Below are positions 20,346-33,120 of a stretch of DNA of 64,000 nt, in pieces (position 1 is the first letter of the stretch; the number at the start of each line of letters is the position of its first letter). The stretch is from positions 6,709,552 through 6,773,551 of the forward strand of contig CM119269.1 of the NCBI GenBank assembly GCA_051294375.1, in the 5' to 3' direction. The notes under the pieces were generated by a model. It was not told where the DNA came from. It was given only the letters and a program-made list of their open reading frames with translations, and ran no database searches. A program made the position numbers and the translations under genes. The DNA comes from Paraspadella gotoi (Eukaryota; Animalia; Chaetognatha).

Positions 20346-22292
20346 CTATATTATACGAATCCTTCGGGACAAGCGAGAGGGGAGCGATTTGAGCTGAAAT
20401 TCTAAAGGTTCAGCGCATCGATCTCGACCTTTCAAAGCCGCCAGCGACGCAACGGCTTCGTTCATGAAGTTATGTATCTCCACATCCTGGTCGGAGAGGG
20501 CGTCGAATATGACTTTAAAGGCAGGTTGCATGCTGTTATGGAAGACACGTCTGTTCCCATGCAGTATTGCAATACCGTTTTCAATAGCTGACAGGCAATT
20601 CTGGCGATGTACAAAGTAAATTTTTTTAAATAATTTTCTAAACCACAGCCAGACCAACGATGTAGATTTATATACTAATACCTGTTGATTGGCGCAATGA
20701 TTCCTTCTATAATTCCAATTACAGGATAAATTAAACAGCCTTCTTGGAAAATGGTGAAAATAGATGTTGATGAGATCCTGATCGCCGTATTTGATCTTGC
20801 TTTTATACTTCTGCAGATTCTCGACCATTTGTCTCTCCCAATCGGATTTGCGCATGCGTTCTAGGTTCATCAGCATCACTCCGGAGTTGAGGCCTTTGGT
20901 GCCATAATAAGGATGCCGTGCGAACCTGCTGTACCTGTAATAATTACGTCCTGTTACTATAGTATGAGACGTGTTTTATTTATGTCATGATGGATTTCCT
21001 GCTTCACAAACGGATTACGTAATCCTAATGTTTGTCTTAATGTCTGATCGTCCGTCGGAATTTTGAAATGACCCCCTACCAACTCATGGCCTCGTCTTCA
21101 TCCTCCACAACCAACCCCGCCTCATGATCAATTTGGAATTCTCGGAAAAGCGACCAAAGACTCCAGACGGGAGAGAGAAAAACCACATCGGTGTCAGTGT
21201 AAATCAGCTTCTCTACATCTGGAAGGAGGCTGGGGAAGAAGATGCGTTGAGACGAACAGGGTTTGAAGAGGTCCCTCCACTCTCCAGCTGCTGGAGAAAA
21301 TAAAAGCCATTTTATCGGGTATTACTATGACTACCTAATACCTAAACAAGAACGGTGATTCCAATGTGTGTTGCGGCGCAGTGACTTTCTTTCACGTGTA
21401 TTTCCGGGTGATCAAGTGATTACTTAGCGTACAACATTCACTGCATCGGAATTCAGTTTTTTATTCTTCGTATGATTTCTTAAAATGCAGGATCAGCAAA
21501 AATAACAAAAGATCAACTGAGTCGGGTTGTGGGTCATCGGATAGCTTTTAAGGTGATCACACAAGTATGGTAGATATGCACATTTAAGGTCTTATAGTAC
21601 CTCACTTTCATACCAAAAATGAACTAAGAGAGACTGACGACAGACAGACACAGATTGTTAAATATGTAATAATTTCAAGGTTATTGTAAAATCAGATAAA
21701 TGACAGGTCAATTACCATCTTTTAAAATCACTTGATCAATTGTGAAAAAAATTACACAATTCCTTTTAACTTTATATTTTTTTTTTTATTCCTTTATATT
21801 TTTTATTATATTTTGTGAATATTATTATGGAACGTCTGGAATTTTATTCACACGAGTACCGGACCTAATTGCTCCCTTTTACTTGGAAAACTGACGGGAT
21901 GAATTATGAAATGAATGTCGCTCCTCGTATCTCGAGGCAAGAATTGCGTCGGGTCCTTGAAAAGTTTCGCGTTGCTTTGATCGGTGAAGACGTAAAAATT
22001 CACTCTGGCCTTTGTTGAAGTCAACAAAATGGATTTTATCAAAACCATAGCTTCTAGAAACGAAAATAAACATCAAAGTTTAAAAGGTTTAAACCTTGCA
22101 CATGTTGTAACCCAGCGTTGCAGTACACCAACCTGAAAACCTGTCTCCGCAAACAACTGTTGCCAAGTGAATCGTATCTTTATATCGAATTTCGTAGTCG
22201 CTTTTATTTCTGTAAGACTTGTACGCAATAAAAGCGAAACAGACGAATACAACGACAAACAAAATTGTCTTTATGATGTTCTTTAATCGCAT
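20346..22292 (-). CDS. GXYLT: Glucoside xylosyltransferase (GT8; GXYLT1/2, shams-like)
   Basis: Exons 22292-22133, 22053-21865, 21290-21080, 20934-20682, 20600-20346. Type II TM N-terminus; motifs IHLATVVCGDR, WRDLFKPCSSQRIFFP, LIYTDTD, WYSRFARHPYYGTKGLNSGVMLMNL, GDQDLINIYFH, HGNR. Confidence 0.95.
21348..21420 (+). repeat. Interspersed repeat fragment (copy A)
   Basis: caagaacggtgattccaatgtg..gcagtgacttt..acgtgt matches the reverse complement of 26675-26747. Confidence 0.75.
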
Positions 22293-22517
22293 TATCTATA
22301 TAAAAAGAAGTCTTTAAAATAAAATTTTGAGCGGCAGAATTTGTTGTTCATTTTCAGAAAACGAAACATCTTTCGATTTTATTGCATTCCTTTATCAGCG
22401 TAAAAACTGTTGTAAAAAAAATAATTTCACAAGTATCATTTAATTCCTGATGGTCTCAGAGGATTTTTTTTTTCTCAGAATTTACTCTCCTTTTATATAC
22501 AAGGACAAAATTATAAC

Positions 22518-22633
22518 AACCAATGAGAAGAGAGTTCACATTTTAAGAATAAAATCAAAACATCTACTAGTTATTATTAACCAATGAGAGACCAGATATT
22601 CAAATTCAATACATAAAATTCAACCAATTAGAG
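22518..22633. promoter_or_regulatory. Three CCAAT boxes upstream of GXYLT
   Basis: aaccaatgaga (~22518, ~22579) and aaccaattaga (~22622), 230-340 bp upstream of the ATG; resembles the NF-Y consensus. Confidence 0.5.
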
Positions 22634-23305
22634 GCTTTAAACAGAATTAATGGAGTCATTTAATAAAATTTCAAATTCAGATATTTGAGCCTTCAAAAAA
22701 CAAAAGGTCAGGGCTCAATTCAGATAAAATTATTATAAACCCTTTAACAATATATTTAGTTATTATAAAGGAAAAATATATTGCTAATGATCATTTTTTT
22801 CATTTTTTTACATTTCCTAATGACGTCTCCTTCCAGAAAGTGAGATCTTTTACTCCTCCCGACCTGAAATTAAAAACAACCAGATTTCAGGTTTTTGGTT
22901 GAAAAACTAAGTATCTTGCCAAACAGGAAAGCCCATGTTGAATATTTTACAATTTAGAGACATAATATTTTTTAGGAGCGTATAAAATGATTTTTTAAAA
23001 AGGTACTTGATATGTACTTGGGGAGTAGTTACGAATAAATTCTAAATTCTGATAGGTTTTTTTTCTGTTTTTTTTTTTTAATAATAATATTCCACCGGCG
23101 AGAAATAAACTCCAGTTGGTTCCAATTATTTTTAGCGCATTTTAATCCACAACTCGACGCCGACCGAGACTAGAAGAATTCGCATCGAATAAATTCTGAA
23201 TTGAATTGAATCCAAAAGCGACGAAGTATAGAATAGAGTGAGTGGAATTTACAACGGAGGAGATCCGGCGTCAAATAGCGATGGTGGAAACTTCAAGGAC
23301 GCCAA

Positions 23306-23341
<36 letters not shown>

Positions 23342-24212
23342 TTAAGAGTCTTCAGTGACGACGACGACGAAGACCCTGACGACGACGACGGCGACGTTCG
23401 TGGGGACGACGTCGTAGGAAACGACACATCGGACGACGACGACAACGACGACGTGGATTCGCGTTTTCGTATCCCAACCAGACATGGACGTCCTGGGTCT
23501 CTCCTCTGTTTTTTAGTTTTATCTTTTCTCTAATCTTCTTCCTCAATTTTTTTTTGGTTCTTAAAGTAAATTTTTAAACACTTTTAAAATTTCTGAATAC
23601 ATCTCGGTTATTCATTTCCTAACGTTTTCAAATTTTGCACCACATTTTGCACCACAAGTGTGTGTTTAGAAATGGATTGGCGATGAAAAAGAACGAAATA
23701 GTAATTTTCTAATCTGATTTGCATGTCGCAGTAGTTTAAGAAAATAGCTATCTAGATTCATTGTAAACCCCGAATAAGCTTCGTAAACTGCAGTTTTGCC
23801 CTAACTTAATTAATATTTTTCAACAGTTCAATTAAAATAAAAGTGAGAAGTTCATCTTGCAACCGGAATTTGAGACATTAATGGTTGGCGACTGATTTTG
23901 AGGGAGAGGAAAATCTAAGTATTATTTTAGCAAAGATAGTGTTAACGTAAATTTAAAACATGATGCCTTGGATCTCACGTATCACAATTCCTGAAACGAA
24001 ATCCGCCAGACATTAATCATTCTTTTTTCCACCCAGTTACCTGCCCTAACTTTTGATTACAACTTTCTACTATAAGTATAATTAATTTTTCAACAATTTA
24101 AAATACTTGGACGCGACGCCGACGACTTATTTACAATGCAGCCATCATCTGTAAACGACGGAATAACGAGCCTTCAATCAAAATTAACGTTTACCGTTAA
24201 GAGTCTCCCGTC

Positions 24213-24259
<47 letters not shown>

Positions 24260-24683
24260 CTCGTCAAGGCCTCCCGCACAAAAGAGACTTTACTTCCATT
24301 GTCTTTCCGGCCGAGGACCGCACTCGTCAAGGTTCCTGCTGAGTCTATTTCCAGATCCGGGAGAAAAGTTGGCGCGGTTCCATCCATCTATTCTTTCATT
24401 CTCTCATCCCTTCATTCTTCATTCATTCATTGATTCATTTCTCGTTATTATTTACGCACTTCTCACGCAGTCATTCATTAATTATTTCATCTTATAATTT
24501 CATCTATAGTTCCTTTCTCAATCCTCATACATCCAACGGATCCAACCAACTTTGTTAAATCCTTTCAATCGTTTCATCTCATCCGTTCAAACTCCAGCCA
24601 GTCAATTAACCAATCAGTCAATCAACCAGCTCCCACTAATCACTGAGGAGTGAATCGCTTGTGTCGAGGGCTTAAGTAGTATT

Positions 24684-24724
<41 letters not shown>

Positions 24725-25816
24725 ACGCCCACGCCCACGCCCACTGCCACCTTACCTCTTTCTCTTCTCAGCACCTACTGCCTTCCTCCTTCCTTTCCTT
24801 TCCTCTCATTCACCAACCTCTTTCCTCTCTTTCTCCTTTCCTTTCATCCTCCACTTTTTACGATCTCCATTGAACCAAAATCCAAAAAATCTTTCCCCTC
24901 GCGCCTTTTATTTCTCTTCTCTCACTCGCCATCTTTTTACATCCCTCGTCACAACTTTGAGAATTTCTTTTGGTAATATATAAAACTTTATCATCATTTG
25001 GCCATATTATTCAAAAGCGAACCTTTTCAGCTTGAATTCTGTTTTTAAATTTATAGGTTAAGTTAGGGGTTAGGGATAAGATTTAGGTTACAAATTAGGG
25101 TTTGTGATTTTGTTTAAGATTAAAAATAGGAATTTGGCATTTTTGGTAAAGAGAGCCAAAACTTTCTCATCGTTTATCCACCTATAACTTTTCAAAGTTT
25201 AATTCTACCCTTCTCCCTCCCGGCTCTTCGTCACTCCGCCACTCCTCCCCGCCACACCACCCCTCCCACCGCCTCCAGGACCGGATCGTCGACGGGCGTC
25301 GAAGTCTCCGCTTCTCCCCGACGCCCGCATTGAAACCTTTCAAGGTCGCGGGAGTCGCCCGCTAGACCTCATTTGCATATCAGCGATTTCCGCTCGAATT
25401 GGCGTCGTCGGCGTGGTCTGGGGATGATGGTTTGTGGGGGATTGGGTGGGGGTTATTGTAGGGGGGGGAAGAGTGAGATCGTGGGCGGAGAGGTTGTGGG
25501 GTAAATGGGGTGGAAATGGAATGTGGAAGAGAATTAGAGGCTGAGGAAGATCTGATGGTTTAATATTAAAGAATGTAGAGGAAACGAGAAGATGATTCTT
25601 AATCGATTCGCGAGTGAAGAAAGTAGCGAAGAGGAAGAGGGAGGAGATGTGAAAGAAGAACGAGGATATCGAAGAGGAGAGGAGAAAAACTGGAGAGAAA
25701 GAGAGGAGATAAAAGGAGAGAGAAAAAGGAGGAAAGAAAGAGCAGGAGACAGAAGGAAGGAGAAAAGAAGAAGAGAATAAAGGCAGCTGAGATCGATGAT
25801 GGGCGATTGAAAGGGA

Positions 25817-26055
25817 AGAATGAATGAATGAATGAATGAATGAATGAATGAAATAAATACTGAAATGAATGACAGACTGAATGAATAAATGAATGAATTG
25901 AACGAACCAGACTGAATGAATGACTGAATGAATTAATAAATGAATGAATGAATGACAGATTGAATGAATGAATGAATGAATGAACGAAACGAATGAATGA
26001 ATGAATAAATGAATGAATGAATGAATGAATGAATGAATGAATGAATGAATGAATA
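25817..26055. repeat. (GAAT)n microsatellite
   Basis: Visible, partly degenerate run. Confidence 0.95.
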
Positions 26056-26674
26056 AAGAAGGAAAAAATAGGGTGAGAAGAGAAACAAGGTAGGGAGATA
26101 TATGTAAGTTTTTTTTCTTTTTATTCCCCTTTTCTATTTTTCTATTCTTTATTATTTTTTAACCTTTCTTTATTATTTCGCTATTCATAGGATTCTCCAA
26201 TCGTCTGTCTAACGTCTAGTCCTTTGTTTTTCTTTTTTTTTTCTTTCTGGGATTTAAGTCCCTTTCCTCTTTCTTTTTCCAGATTCTTCTTTCTTTTCAG
26301 TTCCCTAATTTTTTCCCCCTTTTTTTTCTTTCTGGTTCGTTTCTTCTTCGTTTTTTCTCCTTTCCTTCCATCATCCCATCTTTTTTGCCCTTGCCCTTTC
26401 CTTTCCTTTCTTTCCTTTTCAATTTTTACTCAAACGATTTCATCCTTTTTAGTTGCGCCGCGAGTATTCGCGGAGCAACTCTATAAGTTAACTTTTCGGT
26501 CGGTCTGTTGGTCTGTCTGTCAGTTGAATGTCTGTCTCACAGTCTGTCCTACTTACTTAAAATTTGCATATAATTCGCCTATAGTTGGTTGCTCATTTGT
26601 TAAGAGGAAATTTCGATGCAGTGCATGTCATAAATACAACGGCTAAGAAATTTTTAAGTCATGTCAGGTGATAT

Positions 26675-26747
26675 CATGTGATCAAAGGAAAATAACACGT
26701 AAAAATAAAGTCAGTGCGGCAGCAACACATTGGAATCACCGTTCTTG
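26675..26747 (-). repeat. Interspersed repeat fragment (copy B)
   Basis: Reverse complement starts caagaacggtgattccaatgtgttgctgccgcactgacttt. Confidence 0.75.
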
Positions 26748-27199
26748 TCTTCTTTTTTATCTTTTTGCGTCAAAAGAAGAAAAATTGCGATAAAAAGAAA
26801 ATAAAAAAAAAATTAAAAAAATTAAAGAGAATATTGTTTGCCTTTCCTGCCTATAAGTATATATAAATATTAAAAAATAATTTCTAGGGTATAAAGCCAT
26901 ATCAAAATCTTTTTTTCCATTGAAAGTTTCCTTAAAAATGTTTAAATTTTAATTTGAGAAGTTACATTCACTTATAATTTTTTGACTGTCCGGCTACCCC
27001 TATTATTTAAGTAGAATAACCTAGAATAAAACTAATAATAAACTAAGATAAACCGAGAGACCGACCGAAAAGAGACTCACAGAGTCGCTCCGCGAGCGCT
27101 CGCGACGCAACTGAAAAGAAGAAGCTGTCCGAAGAAAAAAGTGGAGTGAAAGGAAAAAGCGAAAGAGCGTCGAAATTCTGTCTGATAAGCGTTGGATGG

Positions 27200-27830
27200 C
27201 GTGAGCGAATCGATGTAAGTGACGTAGTAATGGAGTGGCGGGAAGATGGAGTAGTAGAAGTGGCGGGGTGATTCAATCTCAAGGAAGGGTGATGTAGTGA
27301 CGTGGTTATGGAATGACGTGGTGATGGAATGACGGAGTGATTTAGGACTGGGTGATACAATCAGCAGGGTGATGTAGTGACGGGTGTGATTATTTGTACG
27401 GGTGATGTAGTTACAGGCTAATGGAGTGACGTGCGGATGGAGCTACTGGGTGTTCGAGTGACCGACTGATGGAGTGACGGGCTAATTGAATGAGGGGTGA
27501 TACAATGACAGTGTGATGGAATGGCGAATGAGGGGAAGTGAGAGAGTGAGAGAGTGACGGGATGCTGAAGTGAGGAGATGAAGAAGCGACTGGTTAATGG
27601 AGTGACGGGGTGATGGCGCGACAGAGAGATAAGTGATGGGGTAATTGTGTGAATGAGTGACGATTAATGAAGGAGTGATGCAGTGATGAAGTGAACTGAA
27701 TGAATGGATGATTAATGACTCCATCAAAGTTATGGAGTGAAAGTTGATGGATTGACAGAATTATTCGTCGACAGGTTGTGATCGGATGGATTACCAGGAT
27801 TAGGAATGTTTCGATTGATGGAGTGAGTTA
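27200..27830. repeat. Degenerate minisatellite (gatggagtgacgg-like units)
   Basis: Recurrent gtgatg and ggagtgacg motifs over about 600 bp. Confidence 0.7.
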
Positions 27831-28470
27831 AGTTTGAGATGAAAGTTACAACTGTTGAAAGATGTTTTACTGAGGTTTAAACATAAGTAGTATTATGCCA
27901 AATACGAATATTTTCTCAATATTTTTTAGGAGCCCTAAAATGCCCGGCGAGTTCGAATTTTCATTGCTGGCGACTCGCTTTCATCAAAATGGCGACGATG
28001 ACGACGACGACGATGACGATGACGAGACACAAAACGACGACGACGACGACGATGACAACGTAAAGATCGCTGACGAGGTTCCGCAAGCCAAAATATATCG
28101 ACATCAGACCATCAACGGATTCAACGACTCGCGTCATTTTCGTGTCATCTTAGCGTCAAGTGACCTCTGGTGACCCGTTGACTCCCTGACCCAAAAGGGC
28201 GACTCGGGTCAGTCGTGGCTTCGATTTCCTCGATTTTTGATTCGGGAAAAACCACTGACCTCAGTCCCAACTTTATAGTAATATTATATTTTCGTTTATG
28301 GTTTTTTTTTCCTAAATTTTTGCAAATACTTTTTTTAATACTTAATTTCCACGTTTCGCTCTCTTTTCCCATTTAATATTACTTTGAATCAAACTTCAAC
28401 ACACAAAAGGAACATAAAATATGTACAAATTCATCTTTTGAGAGAGAGAGAGTTAGAGAGTAGAGAGAGA

Positions 28471-28506
<36 letters not shown>

Positions 28507-29654
28507 AGAGAGGAGAGAGAGAGGGAGGAGAGAGAAGAGAGAGAGATCACAATCATAAGCCGACCCAGTGCCCCTGTCGCCTGTCCCCCGTACATGCGGG
28601 AGTCCATTCAAGTTGAGGACAAATCGCGTCGCTCGTGTCTAAAAAAAAAAGGAAAGCAGGGAGCAAGGGGCAAGGAACAAGGAGCAATCTGGAACAAAGA
28701 ATACAGGAGTGTCCTCTACTGGATCGGAAAGATATCCAAACTTGCTGATCTCATTTCCTGGACCAAACTCAGATGACAAAGGCGCAAATTCGATAGAATG
28801 ACGATGATGACAACGTCAACGAGGACGACTAAAAAATACCCATGAAACAGCGAAAGAATTCCGTGGCCAGATTCTTTGATAGAATTTGATGGAATTATAT
28901 GATATGGCTGATTGCGAATCGATGAAGAATGGGATTTATGAATTATGATGCCAGCAAATTTCACTAATTTAATTTTTAACGTGCTGATTATTTTTTCCGA
29001 GTTAAACGATGAAAGGGATAAATGGACTCTCAGTCTTTCTGCTTCCCAAATTCGAAACCGTCAAAATGACTTTTGTTTTACTTCGATTTTTCCTCGTTTA
29101 GTGGCGTCAAGGAACAGTATCAAAAAAACAAAAGATGAAGTTAATACTGGAATTTTATATTTAAGTTTTTCTCCCTGGATACATAAAATATTATTTACCA
29201 GTATAGTCGCTTTAAATATGAATAAGTTAAAAAAATATACTAATTTATTCTCCTCAAACTTTTTATTCGATAGAATTAAACAATTTTTTCATATTTTGAA
29301 AGAAAAAGAGGAATGAAAAATTCGTTGATCACTTCAAAATTCTCCTTTGATGGCCAAACCTTAATAGAAATAAGTTTTTGTATTTAATCATTTGTCAACT
29401 TTTATTCCAATATTTTTAAGTTTTCGATCTTTAGCTACTTGTTTACTACAAAAATAGTATAATAATTATAAAATTATTCATTCATTCGATAAACATAGAA
29501 TTAGAAAGACTTTCAAACAAAACTATTTTGCAGTCTAATTTATTAATTACCAAAGTGCTTGGCTTCCCTATTAATGAAATGAACTGCTTTCTCGTTTTAC
29601 TTCACATCCTTACTTCCTCACCCTCGTATTTCTTTTTCCCCCGGTCGTCCTTAC

Positions 29655-32545
29655 CTTTCTCCTCCAGCTGCTTGATCAGAGACTCCAGTTCGTTGCTCAA
29701 CATGAAACGCAGACTTTCCTACAAAAAATAAAATTCGCTTTCATCTCAACGACGAAAAAATCGAACTTAGCCTCAGAGACTTACCCTTCTCACTGTGAGC
29801 GTGGCCTTGCGAATGATCACCATGTCCTTCCTGTGAACAGTTGAGAGAATTGGAGTCGAATGGATCGCGATGACGACGACGGCGAAGACGACGACGACGA
29901 CGATGATGATGATGATAATGATAATGACAAGGATGACGATGAGAATTATTACGATAATGACGATGTTGATGTTGATTAAAACGTTGAATAGGGCAACGAC
30001 GATGAAGATGACGATGATGATGATAATAATGATGATGAAGATGAAACGATAAGCAAATAACAANNNNNNNNNNCGATGATGATGATAATGAATTAATGAT
30101 GATGATAAAGATGAAACGATAAGCAAATATAACAAACTATTCGATTAATTACCTACCGATAAAACTAATCGCGCCGAAATCAAATGACGAACAAAACAAA
30201 AAATGACCTAAAAAAACCAAAACAAAACAAAAAAATTGCGAGGACATCAACGACAACTCCCCCCCCCCAATGAGCCCGATTCTCCTTCAAGTCTCTTACA
30301 CCATAGATTTCTGCGCCTCCTTCAACGCCTTCTCTCCGCCTCCTCCCTTCGAATGCCACTGGAGGAGTTTGGCGTGCATCACCTCCGCTTGCTGCTCCTC
30401 CTCGATCTGAGGTTAAGTGTGGGGTTGGAGGATCGGGGCAGGGTGAGGGTGTTGGACATAAACTTTTGCCAAATGTCGGAATGGGAATAATTGATTATTA
30501 ATTAAACACGAACGAAGTACATTTATTTCCATGCCGACATTTGGAAAAAGTTTATGTCAACAGGGTGGGAGAAGAGAGAGAAGAAGAGAGAGAGAGAAAG
30601 CGAGAGAGAGAGAGAGAGAGATAGCGATATAAAAACGAAGGCTGGTGAAGGAAGAACGAGCTGACCTGGTGACCAGAAGAAACAGAGAAAGGCCGTAAGA
30701 GTTGTTTGATCACCACGATTCCGCATTAAGTCTCCTATCGTTAATTCTTGTCACTTTTTGAATCCCCTTCCCATCTATACCCATTTTCTCTCCTCCCTCT
30801 CACGCTCTCCCGCCCCATCCGCTGCTTCTAAGCCCCTTGCCAGTTGCCAGTTGCCATCTCAAGCTCTTTTACGCTCCTTCCATCTCAAGGTTGGAATACG
30901 CTCGACAGGATGGGCTCACCAGTGTGGATAAGGCGCTAATATCCGTACCTTTCTCCCGCCTCAGCTTTCATGCTACGGGTCCTGGGCTTGCAACCAAGCT
31001 TAGGGGATTTCCAGGCTCCCAAGCTGGTTTTACGGCCGTCCTCGCGCTTCGAGCAGAGTAAGTACCATGAGGGACAGATCCCAATACCTCATGGTCATGA
31101 GCCACAGGGTCACGATTGAAGGCGTCATTCATATAAGGCGGGTGAACTATGCCATGCCGTGACTATATCGCCTTCCTAACTCCCACCCCCTTCCCTTCCA
31201 CATCCACCTCTTCCCCTCTACCCCTTCCTCTCCTCCGTTTCTCTACCCTACCTCCATCTCCTTCCCCTCCTCTTACTCCTTCCCCCCTCGATCCTCCTCT
31301 TACCCCTTATCCCTCACCTCCTTCTCATCTCTCTGCTCTACCCCCATTCCCCACTCTACCAGACCTTCTCCTCCTCCGCTCCCTTCCCGCTCCCTCCCAT
31401 CTCCTTCTCCTCCCTCCTCCCACCTCCTTCCCCTCCTCTACTCCCTTCCCCTCCTCTAACCCCTTCTCCTCCTCCGCTCCCTTCCCCTCCCTCCCATCTC
31501 CTTCCCTCCTCCTACCCTCTTCCCCTCCTCCCTCTCGCTTCCCGTCCCTCCATCTCCTTCTCCCTCCCCCACCTCCTTCCCCTCCTCTACTCTCTTCCCC
31601 TCCTCTACCCCTTCTCCTCCTTCCCATCTCCATCCCCTACTCTACCCCTTCCCCTCCTCCACTCCCATCCCCTCCTCTACTCCCTTCCCTTCTCTTCCCC
31701 CATCCCGTCCTCTACCGCCCTTCCATCCTTCCCATCTCCATCCCCTCCTCTAATCCTCCTTCCCCTTCTCCACCTCCCTTCCCCTCCTCTCTACTCCCTT
31801 TCCCCTCCCTCTCACCTATCTCTGTCGGTCTTCCGCCAATCTCTTCGCCTTGTAGTATTCCACCCACGTGGTCCTTCGTTCGTTGAAGGGAGATCCTTCC
31901 TGGAAACAGGAGAAGGGAAACGCGATCGTCGTCGTTATCGTCGTCGTCGTCATCGTCGTCGTCTTCGTCATCGTCGTCGTCGTCGTCGTCGTTAATCTAG
32001 TTTCTTTCCTCGCGATCGTTGTCAAAATCGTCATCTTCATTTACGAGATTCCGTTTTCATCGACAAAAGATTCTTTTTTCTTTGATTTCACCTCTGTCTT
32101 TGATTCCGTTACAGTTTTGATTGTTGATTAAAATTAACAATTTATTTGAACTCAAAAGCGAAAACTGGTCATCGTTTTAAAGGCTCTCGCCTTTTATTCT
32201 TTTAAATTCTGTACGTGTCAGTGTGTACTGACTACTGAATCAAATATAAAATAAATTTTCGGTCGAAGATCGTATCTTAGGGTGAAACGTACCAAATCTA
32301 AAATTCAAGGTTCTGAGCTTCCCAACTTAACAAAGTCAATTTGCCTTCTTCGAGCCCGCAGCCTCGAACACTTCCACCGGCCCGGCCCCCCCTCCTCCCT
32401 TCCCCTTCCCAACTCCCGTCCTCGCCTCATATCTGCAGAGGTAGTTGAGGTAATTCGGATCGGGTCTGTGCAACGGCGGCGCGGCGAACGTTCCGTAGGG
32501 GTGATTCTGCGGCAGCGGCCGCCCTTGGCTCTTGCGACAGGACAT
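29655..32545 (-). CDS. CFAP141/C1orf189-like ciliary coiled-coil protein; in-frame TAG at the end of exon 2; last exon uncertain (possibly from 28757)
   Basis: Exons 32545-32426 (GC donor), 31899-31816, 30406-30300, 29830-29785, 29718-29655 join in phase. SMVKDMVIIRKATLTVRRESLRFMLSNELESLIKQLEEKG resembles the CFAP141 C-terminus as recalled ([40 protein letters not shown]). Confidence 0.55.
31180..31812. repeat. Long C/T-rich low-complexity tract
   Basis: About 630 bp of almost pure pyrimidines on +; source of the spurious 245-aa Pro-rich ORF. Confidence 0.9.
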
Positions 32546-33112
32546 TCTCGGGACCGAAGAAGGAGGTTTTTAGGGCAGAAGTTGAGCCTCTAAGGGCTGA
32601 GGAAGGGCCTTTAATGGCAAAGAAAGAGCTTAGCTGATTCAAAGGACGAGTATTAATTGGCGAAGGAGGGTAAACGGCGTATTTAGAGGAGAACGAAAAG
32701 CGACGAATCATTGAACGCGATTTATCGATATCGCGGATTGGTCGGTCGGTCGGTCTCGGCTCACGATACGCTGGTAAATTCGTTACCGGTTATCGCCTTA
32801 TCAAAGATTTCATTTGACATCTTACATCCTAAATCAAATGAGAAATAAAGGTTTTCGCGAATTGCTATTTGATTCTCTCACTTTCGTTGTCGTCAACGAT
32901 TTTAACCTTTCATTTTTCTTTCCGCGTCAAATCGTTGGACTCAGTCTCTCGGTTGAGTCAGTCAGTCGGTCTCAAGATCGGAAAAAGTGTTTTATTTTTT
33001 CTCTTTAAGGTTTGTGGTTTCGAAGAAACGCAAGAAACGAGGTCGACGACAGACGGCGATCGACGGCCAGTGTCTTAGAAAAAGGGTGACAGATTGCGAG
33101 AGGTTGTGACGC

Positions 33113-33120
33113 TGACGTCA
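33113..33120. promoter_or_regulatory. Palindromic CRE site in a divergent intergenic region
   Basis: TGACGTCA, preceded by a TGACG half-site, between the CFAP141-like (-) and piggyBac-derived (+) genes. Confidence 0.3.

Noticed and set aside
20325-20349. Telomere-like repeats (attaacct x3; ttaggg near 25062-25100)
   Set aside because: Too short and irregular.
23140-23500. GC-richer (GAC)n patches that look like exons (also ~1850, ~28000, ~33700, ~44300)
   Set aside because: No consistent frame or family motif; GAC runs recur in non-coding DNA here and may be UTR.
14200-31818. Genome-wide stop-codon reassignment
   Set aside because: Conserved genes here have no internal stops and end at TGA or TAG at the expected positions (eEF2K TGA, GXYLT TAG).
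31149-31886. 245-aa Pro/Ser-rich ORF
   Set aside because: Arises from a pyrimidine tract in an intron of the opposite-strand gene.
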